Positions 1 through 8,569 of a stretch of 60,693 nucleotides of DNA are shown here, in pieces. This DNA comes from an uncultured Streptomycetaceae bacterium (lineage in GTDB: Bacteria; Pseudomonadota; Gammaproteobacteria; Burkholderiales; SG8-41): the NCBI GenBank assembly GCA_964498105.1, contig CAZCGD010000246.1, forward strand, positions 1 to 60,693. Direction: 5' to 3'. The notes beneath the pieces are model-generated. The model did not search any database and had not been told where the DNA came from. It saw only the letters and a program-made list of their open reading frames with translations. Each line of letters begins with the position of its first letter. The first letter of the stretch is position 1. A program made the position numbers and the translations under genes.

Positions 1-282
1 GGCGGAGACCTCGGCTGGCTCGCACCGGGCGACACGGTCCCCGAGTTCGAGCACGCGATGAACGCGCTCGATCCAGGACAGATCAGCGACCCGGTGCAGA
101 CGCCGTTCGGCTGGCACCTGATCCAGGTGCTCGCGCGGCGCGACGAGGACATGTCGAAGGAACGCCAGCGCCTGTCGGCGCGGTCGGCGTTGCACGCACG
201 CAAGTCCGACGAGTCGTACCAGGAGTGGCTGCGGCAACTGCGCGACCGCGCCTACGTCGAATATCGCCTGGACGAGCGCTGA
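1..282 (+). CDS. surA: Peptidyl-prolyl isomerase SurA, C-terminal fragment (5' end outside window)
   Basis: Frame 1 is open from the window edge to TGA 280-282. Parvulin-type motif GDLGW...PEFE...PFGWHLIQV. Lies upstream of pdxA-rsmA, as in the conserved surA-pdxA-ksgA cluster. Confidence 0.8.
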   Translation, partial: GGDLGWLAPGDTVPEFEHAMNALDPGQISDPVQTPFGWHLIQVLARRDEDMSKERQRLSARSALHARKSDESYQEWLRQLRDRAYVEYRLDER

Positions 283-286
283 TACG

Positions 287-385
287 AATGTTGAATGTTG
301 AATGCTAAGTGCTAAATTAGTGGCAGCGTCGGGAACCCGTGCCTCCACGAGCAATTCAACATTAAGCATTCAAAATTCAAAATTC
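287..385. repeat. Imperfect hairpin with arms made of tandem heptads (TTGAATG-type) and a central GC palindrome CGGGAACCCG
   Basis: Left arm 287-319 and right arm 353-385 are reverse complements at 27 Watson-Crick plus 1 G:U of 33 positions (hand alignment). The palindrome is at 330-339. Confidence 0.6.
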
Positions 386-396
386 CGTTAATAGCG

Positions 397-1377
397 GTGA
401 CAGCGGGCGAGCCGGCGGGCATCGGCCCCGACCTCTGCGTCGGTCTCGCGCGCCAGCGCGTGCCGGCGCGCTGCGTGATCGTTGCCGACCGGGAATTACT
501 CGAGCAGCGGGCGCGCCGCCTGCGCGTGCCGCTCAAGGTGGTCGACTTTCCGCCCGCCGGGGGTGCCACCGCGCGCGCCGGCGCGCTGCTGGTGCAGCAC
601 GTGCCACTCGCGCGGCCGGCGGTCGCGGGCCGCCTCGACCCGGCCAATAGCCGCTACGTGCTGCGCACCCTTGAAATCGCCGCCGATGGCTGCCGCGACG
701 GTATTTTCGACGCCATGGTAACGGCGCCATTGCAGAAAAGCGTCATCAACGCCGCCGGCATCCCCTTCATCGGGCACACCGAGTTCCTCGCCGAGCGCAG
801 CGGGACCCGGCACGTGGTCATGATGCTCGTCGGCGGCGGCATGCGGGTCGCCCTCGCCACCACGCACCTCGCCCTCCAGAACGTCGCGCGCAGCATTACC
901 CGCGACGGCCTCGAGCGCACACTGCGCGTGCTGCACGGCGACCTGAGCACGCGCTTTGCCCTGGCCCGGCCGCGTATCGTGGTAGCCGGCTTGAACCCCC
1001 ATGCCGGGGAAGCCGGCTTTCTCGGCAGTGAAGAGACCGACGTCATCATCCCGGTGCTCGACAAGTTGCGCCGCGAGGGGTTCGATCTCGTCGGGCCGCT
1101 GCCCGCCGACACCCTGTTCAACCCGCAGCGGCTCAAGGACTGCGACTGCGTGCTGGCGATGTACCACGACCAGGGACTGCCAGTGCTCAAGTACGCGAGC
1201 TTTGGCGCTGGCGTCAACGTCACGCTCGGGCTGCCCATCATCCGCACCTCGGTGGACCACGGCACTGCGCTCGACCTGGCCGGCACCGGCCGCGCCGCGA
1301 TCGGCAGTCTCATCGAGGCGATCCGGCTCGCCGCCAAGCTCGTCGCGGGCCGCCGCAGGACGCGGCGCGGCTCCTGA
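397..1377 (+). CDS. pdxA: 4-hydroxythreonine-4-phosphate dehydrogenase PdxA (start uncertain: GTG 397, or a non-canonical ATT at 382)
   Basis: 326-aa ORF with GEPAGIGPD, GHTEF, YHDQGLPVLK and SVDHGTA motifs typical of PdxA. Confidence 0.9.
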   Translation: MTAGEPAGIGPDLCVGLARQRVPARCVIVADRELLEQRARRLRVPLKVVDFPPAGGATARAGALLVQHVPLARPAVAGRLDPANSRYVLRTLEIAADGCRDGIFDAMVTAPLQKSVINAAGIPFIGHTEFLAERSGTRHVVMMLVGGGMRVALATTHLALQNVARSITRDGLERTLRVLHGDLSTRFALARPRIVVAGLNPHAGEAGFLGSEETDVIIPVLDKLRREGFDLVGPLPADTLFNPQRLKDCDCVLAMYHDQGLPVLKYASFGAGVNVTLGLPIIRTSVDHGTALDLAGTGRAAIGSLIEAIRLAAKLVAGRRRTRRGS

Positions 1378-1403
1378 AGCGTGGCGCGAGCGCGCGCCCT
1401 GCC

Positions 1404-2186
1404 ATGCGCCACGTTCCCCGCAAGCGTTTCGGGCAGCACTTCCTGGTGGATGAAGCGGCCATTGCCGCGATTGTCGCCGCCATCGCGCCGCAGCCGCATG
1501 ACCGGCTGGTGGAAATCGGCCCCGGGCTCGGCGCGCTCACGCGGCCGCTCGCCGCCCGGCTCGAGCACCTGCACGCGATCGAGCTCGATCGCGACATCAT
1601 CGCGCGCCTGCGTGCCGAGCTTCCCGCCGCGCGGGTGACGCTGCACGCGGGCGACGCGCTGCGCTTCGACTTCGGCGCGCTGGGGCCGCGGCTGCGCGTG
1701 GTCGGCAACCTGCCCTACAACATTTCCACGCCGCTGTTGTTTCACCTGGCGCAGCACGCCGCGGCGATCCATGACATCCACGTCATGCTGCAGAAAGAAG
1801 TGGTGGAGCGCATGGTGGCCGCGCCTTCCACTTCCGAGTACGGCCGGCTGTCGGTGATGCTGCAGTACCGCTTCGAGATGGAAAAGCTGCTGGAAGTGCC
1901 ACCCACGGCCTTCCGTCCGGCACCCAAGGTCGAGTCCGCCGTGGTGCGGCTGACGCCGTTCGCGCGCCTGCCGCATCCTGCACGCGACGAAACGGCCTTC
2001 GGGAAAATCGTTGCCGCCGCGTTTTCCCAGCGCCGCAAGACGCTGCGCAACGCGTTACAGGCCCACTTCAGGGCCGCCGATTTCGAACAGCTGGGCGTGG
2101 ACGCCGGTTTGCGCGCGCAGGACCTGCGCGTTGAGGAATTCGTCCGCCTGGCGGACGAATTCCTTAGAAAAAACACTCAGGATTAG
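1404..2186 (+). CDS. rsmA: 16S rRNA (adenine1518/1519-N6)-dimethyltransferase
   Basis: RKRFGQHFL N-terminus, SAM-binding EIGPGLGALT, GNLPYNISTP motif. 260 aa. Confidence 0.93.
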   Translation: MRHVPRKRFGQHFLVDEAAIAAIVAAIAPQPHDRLVEIGPGLGALTRPLAARLEHLHAIELDRDIIARLRAELPAARVTLHAGDALRFDFGALGPRLRVVGNLPYNISTPLLFHLAQHAAAIHDIHVMLQKEVVERMVAAPSTSEYGRLSVMLQYRFEMEKLLEVPPTAFRPAPKVESAVVRLTPFARLPHPARDETAFGKIVAAAFSQRRKTLRNALQAHFRAADFEQLGVDAGLRAQDLRVEEFVRLADEFLRKNTQD

Positions 2187-2278
2187 TACCGCGCCATACC
2201 ACCCTTGCCAGAGGGAACGCTACCTGTAACCTTGCGGGGAAAATTTTTCCGCCCTTCCCGTGGCGGTTTCGATTGAAG

Positions 2279-2306
2279 ATTTAGTCGGGCCCGGGCCTGA
2301 CTAAAT
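2279..2306. terminator. 13-bp stem hairpin between convergent rsmA and gloA (possible bidirectional terminator; weak U-tracts)
   Basis: ATTTAGTCGGGCC (2279-2291) pairs with GGCCTGACTAAAT (2294-2306) with one G:U. Overlaps the gloA stop codon (2301-2303). Confidence 0.35.
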
Positions 2307-2687
2307 CCTGCGCTGCACCAACTCGATCTTGTAGCCGTCGGGATCCTCGACGAAGGCGATCACGGTGGTGCCGTGCTTCATCGGGCCGGCTTCGCGCGTG
2401 ACCCTGCCACCGCGCTTCCTCACTTCCTCGCATGACTGGTAGGCATCCACAACCTCGATCGCTACATGGCCGTAGCCGCTGCCGAGGTCGTAGGATTTCG
2501 TATCCCAGTTGTGGGTGAGCTCCAGCACCGCCGTCTTCGACTCTTCGTCGTAGCCGACGAAAGCGTTGGTGAAGCGCCCGCCCGGATAGTCGGTCTTGCG
2601 CAGAAGCCGCATGCCCAGCACCTGGGTATAGAAATCGAGCGCGCGCTGCAGGTCCCCGACGCGGATCATGGTGTGTAGTATGCGCAT
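2301..2687 (-). CDS. gloA: Lactoylglutathione lyase (glyoxalase I)
   Basis: 128 aa. [13 protein letters not shown]...YGHVAIEV...[10 protein letters not shown] is a typical glyoxalase I sequence. Confidence 0.92.
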   Translation of the reverse strand: MRILHTMIRVGDLQRALDFYTQVLGMRLLRKTDYPGGRFTNAFVGYDEESKTAVLELTHNWDTKSYDLGSGYGHVAIEVVDAYQSCEEVRKRGGRVTREAGPMKHGTTVIAFVEDPDGYKIELVQRRI

Positions 2688-2697
2688 ACGCTCAGTG

Positions 2698-2781
2698 TTG
2701 AGTGTTGAGTTTTGAGTGGTGAGTTTACAGCCAGTCGCCGGGGCGTTTAGGATAACTCAACACTCAAAACTCAACACTCAA
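2698..2781. repeat. Near-perfect hairpin with arms of four tandem heptads (TTGAGTG/TTGAGTT) and a central GC palindrome CGCCGGGGCG
   Basis: 2698-2725 pairs with 2754-2781 at 27 of 28 positions. The palindrome is at 2736-2745. Occupies the whole rubredoxin-gloA spacer. Confidence 0.7.
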
Positions 2782-2785
2782 AACT

Positions 2786-2974
2786 CTAGATTTCCACCAT
2801 CTCGAAGTCCTCCTTGCGCGCGCCGCATTCCGGGCAGGTCCAGTTGGGCGGCACATCTTCCCAGCGGGTGCCGGGCGCAATGCCCTCGTCCGGCAATCCT
2901 GCTGCCTCGTCGTAGATGAAGCCGCAGATCAGGCACATGCAGGTCTTGTAATCCTTGGTGTCGGCCGTGGTCAT
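2786..2974 (-). CDS. Rubredoxin
   Basis: 62 aa from ATG 2974. Two Cys knuckles (CLICG and CPECG) and a WEDVPPNW motif. The 121-aa ORF-track version is an upstream extension with no rubredoxin-like sequence. Confidence 0.9.
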   Translation of the reverse strand: MTTADTKDYKTCMCLICGFIYDEAAGLPDEGIAPGTRWEDVPPNWTCPECGARKEDFEMVEI

Positions 2975-3056
2975 GCAGCAATCCGTTGTAAGATAGGCTC
3001 CAATTCTAACGAATCGCCTTCCCGCGACCAATCCGCGGGTCCCCGATCTCCCGCGC

Positions 3057-3896
3057 ATGCCCGATCTCCCGCCCATCGTCCTGGTGTTCGCCGCCACTGA
3101 TCCAAGCGGCGGCGCCGGGCTGCAGGCCGACATCATGACGCTCACGAGCATGGGCTGTCATCCGCTGTCAGTGGTGACGGCCATCACCATCCAGGACACC
3201 ACCGGCGTCGATGACATCAGCGCGATCGACGCGGAATGGGTCGCCGACCAGGCGCGCTGCGTGCTGGAGGACATGCCGGTCGCCGCATTCAAGATCGGTC
3301 TGCTCGGCAGCCTCGAGCAGATCGCCGCGATTGCGGAAGTGGTGTCAGATTATCCGGAGGTGCCGCTGGTGCTCGACCCGGTGCTCGCCTCGGGACGCGG
3401 CGACGAGCTGGTCACCGAGGAGATGGTGGTGGCGTTGAAAGAACTGCTCATTCCGCAGACCACTCTACTGACGCCCAACAGCCTGGAAGCGCGGCGCCTG
3501 GCAGCCGAGGAGAACGAAGCAGGAGAGGGCCCCGATCTCGCCGAATGCGCGCGCCGCATCATTGTCAGCGGCTGCGAATACGTGCTGGTCACCGGCACCC
3601 ACGAGAACACCGTCCAGGTCGTGAACACGCTGTACGGCCAGAGCGGGGCCGTCCGCAGCGACAGCTGGCAACGGCTGCCCGGCACCTACCACGGTTCGGG
3701 ATGCACGCTGGCGTCGGCCATCGCCGCCACCATTGCCAACGGACTGGAGGTGAGCGACGCGGTCAAGGACGCTCAGGAGTACACCTGGCAGACGCTCAAG
3801 GCGGCGTTCCGACCCGGCATGGGACAGCACATACCCGATCGCCTGTTCTGGGCGCGCGAGGACGAGCCGGCCGGTAGCGGCAGCGAAGAGGCGTAA
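3057..3896 (+). CDS. thiD: Hydroxymethylpyrimidine / phosphomethylpyrimidine kinase
   Basis: [12 protein letters not shown]-terminal motif and the [11 protein letters not shown] anion-hole motif. Followed by thiE. Confidence 0.9.
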   Translation: MPDLPPIVLVFAATDPSGGAGLQADIMTLTSMGCHPLSVVTAITIQDTTGVDDISAIDAEWVADQARCVLEDMPVAAFKIGLLGSLEQIAAIAEVVSDYPEVPLVLDPVLASGRGDELVTEEMVVALKELLIPQTTLLTPNSLEARRLAAEENEAGEGPDLAECARRIIVSGCEYVLVTGTHENTVQVVNTLYGQSGAVRSDSWQRLPGTYHGSGCTLASAIAATIANGLEVSDAVKDAQEYTWQTLKAAFRPGMGQHIPDRLFWAREDEPAGSGSEEA

Positions 3897-3899
3897 GCA

Positions 3900-4547
3900 G
3901 TGAAGAGCCGCATCTCCGGCCTGTACGCGGTCACGCCCGACATTGCCGACACGCCCGCGCTGCTAGCCAAGGTCGAAGCGGCGCTGGCCGGCGGCGCGCG
4001 CCTGCTGCAATACCGCAACAAGACCGCGAATGCGGCATTGCGGCTGACACAGGGGCGTGCCCTGCTCGCGTTGTGCCGGGAGTATCAGGTCCCGCTCATC
4101 ATCAACGATCACCTCGATCTCGCGCTCGCCCTGGACGCCCATGGCCTGCACCTCGGCTGCGACGACGGCTCGCTCGCGGAAGCGCGCGGCAGACTGGGTG
4201 ACGGCAAGATCCTCGGCGCCTCTTGTTACCGCCGCCTGGACAACGCGCTGGACGCCCAAAAGGCGGGCGTGGATTACGTTGCCTTCGGCGGATTTTTCCC
4301 CTCCGCCATCAAGCCGAGCACGGCACGCACGCCGCTCGGCTTGCTGGGGGAAGCCAAGCAGCGGTTGTCGGTGCCAGTGGTGGCAATCGGCGGTATCACG
4401 CTCGACCATGCGCCGCAACTGGTCGCCGCTGGCGCCGACGGCGTTGCAGTGATCTCCGCGTTGTTTGGTGCGGCCGACGTCAAGCTCGCGGCGCGCGGCT
4501 TCAGCGCGTTGTTTCCACGGCGCGAACCGCACTCCGTTCATCCGTAA
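3900..4547 (+). CDS. thiE: Thiamine-phosphate synthase
   Basis: GTG start 4 nt after the thiD stop. [26 protein letters not shown] and VVAIGGI motifs of ThiE. Confidence 0.9.
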   Translation: MKSRISGLYAVTPDIADTPALLAKVEAALAGGARLLQYRNKTANAALRLTQGRALLALCREYQVPLIINDHLDLALALDAHGLHLGCDDGSLAEARGRLGDGKILGASCYRRLDNALDAQKAGVDYVAFGGFFPSAIKPSTARTPLGLLGEAKQRLSVPVVAIGGITLDHAPQLVAAGADGVAVISALFGAADVKLAARGFSALFPRREPHSVHP

Positions 4548-4573
4548 CCGACCCGCATGGTTCAGCGAACGAC

Positions 4574-5860
4574 ATGAAGCGCAGCCAGAAGCTGTTCCAA
4601 CGCGCACAGATCACCATTCCCGCGGGCGTCAACTCGCCGGTGCGCGCTTTCCGCTCGGTGGGCGGCACGCCGCCGTTCATCCAGCGCGGCAAGGGGGCGC
4701 AGGTGTGGGATGCGGACGGCCGTGCCTACATCGACTATGTCGGCTCGTGGGGGCCGCTCATCGTAGGACACGCCCATCCTGAGGTTGTGAAAGCGGTGCA
4801 GCAGGCGGCCGAGCGCGGACTGTCCTTCGGGGCGCCCACCGAGCAGGAGGTCGAGATGGCCGAACTGCTGTGCCGGCTGCTACCCTCACTCCAGCAGGTG
4901 CGACTGGTGAGCTCAGGGACCGAGGCGACCATGAGCGCGATCCGGCTCGCCCGCGGCTACACCCGTCGCGACCGGATTATCAAGTTCGAAGGCGGCTATC
5001 ACGGCCACGCCGATGCGCTGCTGGTGAAAGCGGGCTCGGGGGCGCTGACCTTCGGACAGCCCTCCTCCGCGGGCGTGCCGGAGGAGACCGCCGCCCATAC
5101 CATGGTGCTGGAGTACAACGATGAGATCGCGCTGGAGCGCGCCTTCGCCAACGACGCGGACGGGATTGCCGCCGTTATCGTGGAACCGGTCGCCGGCAAT
5201 ATGAATCTGGTCGCTCCGCGCCTGAGCTTCCTCGAGTTGTTGCGCAAGCTGTGCACCCGGCACGGCACGGTGTTGATCTTCGACGAGGTGATGACCGGCT
5301 TTCGAGTCGCGCTCGGGGGGGCGCAGGCCCTCTACGGGATCCAGCCGGACCTCACCACGCTGGGCAAGGTGATCGGCGGTGGCCTGCCGGTCGGCGCCTT
5401 CGGCGGACGCCGCGACATCATGCAAAATATCGCGCCGCTCGGCCCGGTCTACCAGGCGGGCACGCTGTCCGGCAACCCGGTAGCCGTTGCCGCGGGTTTG
5501 GCAACGCTCAAGCTCATCCAGGCGCCGGGGTTCTTCGACCGCCTTGGCGCCGCCACGCGCATGCTATGCGAAGGCCTCGCGCGCGCGGGACAGGAATACG
5601 AGGTCCCCTTTTCGGCGCAGAACGTCGGCGGCATGTTCGGCCTCTACTTCCGCGAAACCCCGCCCACCGGCTACGCCGAGGTCATGCAATGCGACAAGGA
5701 AGCTTTCAACCGCTTCTTTCATGCCATGCTCGCGGAGGGCATCTACCTCGCGCCGTCGGCTTACGAGGCGGGATTTGTTTCCAGCGCGCACGGCCCCGCG
5801 GAGATCGAGCGGACCATCGGCGCCGCGAGGAAAATTTTCAAGGGCTGGCCCGGCCAATAA
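4574..5860 (+). CDS. hemL: Glutamate-1-semialdehyde 2,1-aminomutase
   Basis: From ATG 4574: [50 protein letters not shown]. The ORF-track start at 4223 runs through thiE and is rejected. Confidence 0.93.
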   Translation: MKRSQKLFQRAQITIPAGVNSPVRAFRSVGGTPPFIQRGKGAQVWDADGRAYIDYVGSWGPLIVGHAHPEVVKAVQQAAERGLSFGAPTEQEVEMAELLCRLLPSLQQVRLVSSGTEATMSAIRLARGYTRRDRIIKFEGGYHGHADALLVKAGSGALTFGQPSSAGVPEETAAHTMVLEYNDEIALERAFANDADGIAAVIVEPVAGNMNLVAPRLSFLELLRKLCTRHGTVLIFDEVMTGFRVALGGAQALYGIQPDLTTLGKVIGGGLPVGAFGGRRDIMQNIAPLGPVYQAGTLSGNPVAVAAGLATLKLIQAPGFFDRLGAATRMLCEGLARAGQEYEVPFSAQNVGGMFGLYFRETPPTGYAEVMQCDKEAFNRFFHAMLAEGIYLAPSAYEAGFVSSAHGPAEIERTIGAARKIFKGWPGQ

Positions 5861-5941
5861 TTTCACTCGCCGCCTGTTACTTCCTTCTTCGTGCGGGCGA
5901 GCTTGTGCCAGGAATAGTTCGGCACTACGGCCGACAAATTT

Positions 5942-6577
5942 CTAGCGCAGGCCGGAGATGTACTCGGCGACCGCCGCGATCTCCCGGTCGGAGAGCTTGT
6001 CGGCCACCGTGCGCATCATGCGATTGGGATCATTCGCGCGCTCGCCGGAGCGGAACGCCCGCAGTTGTGCCGCGGTGTAATCGGCAAACTGTCCCGCCAG
6101 GCGCGGAAATTGCGAGGGTATGCCGGAACCGTTCGGGCCGTGGCAAGCGCTGCAGGCCGCCACGCTCTTCAACAGGATGCCGCCCCGGTAAATGGCCTGC
6201 CCGAGCTTGACGAGATCCGAATCGCGCGCCATCCGCGGCGCGGGCTTCTGCGTCTCGAAATAGGAAGCGAGGTCGCGCAGATCGTCCACGGACAGCGTAG
6301 CCACCATGCCCGCCATCACTGCATTGGGCCGCTCCGCTGGCTTGCCGTCCCCGGGCCTGAAGTTGGTGAGTTGTTTCAGGGTGTAGTCGGCGTGCTGGCC
6401 GGCGAGCACGGGATTTGCGGCAAGCGTGCTGTTGCCGTCCGTGCCATGGCAGGCTGCGCAGACGCGGGTAGCGGTTTGCTGGGCCTTGGCCAGATCGGCA
6501 GCGGGAACGCCCTGGACCAGCGCTGCCGAGAGGCCAAGGGAGCCAGCAATCAGCGCCATCAGCCAGCGGATATTCAT
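5942..6577 (-). CDS. Di-haem cytochrome c4
   Basis: Signal peptide and two CxxCH haem motifs (CAACH, CSACH) in two similar halves. 211 aa. Confidence 0.85.
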   Translation of the reverse strand: MNIRWLMALIAGSLGLSAALVQGVPAADLAKAQQTATRVCAACHGTDGNSTLAANPVLAGQHADYTLKQLTNFRPGDGKPAERPNAVMAGMVATLSVDDLRDLASYFETQKPAPRMARDSDLVKLGQAIYRGGILLKSVAACSACHGPNGSGIPSQFPRLAGQFADYTAAQLRAFRSGERANDPNRMMRTVADKLSDREIAAVAEYISGLR

Positions 6578-6760
6578 CCGGAATCCTTTGCTTGCTGCGA
6601 GTTATCGTGGGGGACCGCGTATTCTACAGTAAGCGCCTGCGCGCGCGCCAGTTTCAGGCGCGATAACAATAACCTAGGAGAAGTTCTGGCTGCTTGCCAC
6701 GCCTCTTGCCGGCACCGTCCACCACCCGCTTCCGCGGCCGGCGTCGCAGCCAAACCAGAC

Positions 6761-6798
6761 ATAAAAAACCCCCGGTTAAAGGGGAGTAAAACCGGGGG
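6761..6798 (-). terminator. Rho-independent terminator on the minus strand with no annotated gene upstream of it
   Basis: Stem CCCCCGGTT (6769-6777) pairs with AACCGGGGG (6790-6798). On the minus strand it is followed by TTTTTTAT (6768-6761). Confidence 0.5.
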
Positions 6799-6927
6799 CA
6801 AAAGCCTTAATCAGGATTAAGGCGCCCGCTCAGGGAGGAGAAGCGGGAGACGATCCAACATCGTCGTCTATGGTATACGACGTCTATAATGCGCCAGAGT
6901 TCCCCTGCCTCGAGCAGCGAACAATAG

Positions 6928-7959
<1,032 letters not shown>

Positions 7960-8562
7960 TCAGGGTTCAGCAAGCAGCGCTTCCACCGCCTCCAGTTTGG
8001 CGCGTGCGATGGCCTTGCCTTCGGCGCGGGCCCTGAGCGGTCCGCGCAACTCGCGCATCGAGAGCACGGCGATCTCGATATCGGCGCCGCCATCGCTCAG
8101 GTTGTAAACCGGCACCGTGAGCGATTCCCCACCGGCGTGCATCCGGCTCTGCGCCGCTTGGTACGGGATTCCCCGGTCGATCAGGTAGAGCTCCACCGCC
8201 TTGGCGTCGTCCGTGAAAAGCTGCAGATTGATGTCGGCATACCTGCCGGCGTTGCCGCTCAGCACCGATCCCGTCAGATGCGGATTGAAGCGGGAGAGCG
8301 CTCGCATTGCCCGCAGCGCCGTCTCGCGCAACTCGCGCAGCCGTTCGCGGTGCTCCTGCTGGTGATAGAGCCGCTGATACGCCCGCAACGCATTGTCGAT
8401 CTCATCGTTGGTCGGCAACTCGCGCGTGTCCGGCGTCCCCGCCTGGCGCGCCGCCTTGCGCTTGGCAAGCGCGTAATCCTCGATGCCGTCCTCGGCCATC
8501 AGCCGCGCCGCGAGATGGGCGATCTGGCAGCGGCGGTCGTTGCGGACGCCGTCTCTGGGCAT
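7960..8562 (-). CDS. Conserved hypothetical protein, co-oriented 7 nt downstream of mrcA, with a degenerate nucleotidyltransferase-like motif
   Basis: 200-aa ORF with ordinary composition, tightly packed after mrcA. Segment GSVLSGNAGRYADINLQLF resembles the G[GS]-x(9-13)-D-x-[DE] minimal NTase motif, with N in place of the second acidic residue. Confidence 0.55.
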   Translation of the reverse strand: MPRDGVRNDRRCQIAHLAARLMAEDGIEDYALAKRKAARQAGTPDTRELPTNDEIDNALRAYQRLYHQQEHRERLRELRETALRAMRALSRFNPHLTGSVLSGNAGRYADINLQLFTDDAKAVELYLIDRGIPYQAAQSRMHAGGESLTVPVYNLSDGGADIEIAVLSMRELRGPLRARAEGKAIARAKLEAVEALLAEP

Positions 8563-8569
8563 GGTCCGT

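Noticed and set aside
2698-2781. The tandem short repeats here, and at 287-385 and 34657-34776, could have been CRISPR-like arrays or coding heptad repeats.
   Set aside because: The units are only 7 nt and contiguous, with no spacers. The two blocks of each element are reverse complements of one another, which makes them hairpin arms. No cas genes are present, and no ORF spans them.
2975-3056. Possible TPP (THI-box) riboswitch upstream of thiD-thiE.
   Set aside because: The spacer is only 82 nt and lacks the conserved CUGAGA...ACCUGAUCUGGAUAAUGCCAGCG-type core. It contains only a small 6-bp hairpin (3021-3039).
4223-4573. N-terminal ORF-track extensions: hemL from 4223, hemE from 25339, atpC from 38325, yidC from 52346, the dGTPase from 17982, and the 467-aa fusion at 42739-44142.
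   Set aside because: The extensions overlap the preceding genes, have biased Arg/Ala/Gly-rich composition, and precede internal Met codons where the recognisable family N-terminus begins.
6574-6801. 75-aa minus-strand ORF in the cytochrome c4 - hemB spacer.
   Set aside because: It has Ala/Arg/Gly-rich composition and no motif. It starts inside the terminator hairpin and runs into the cytochrome c4 start. It is more plausibly non-coding (promoter or sRNA region).
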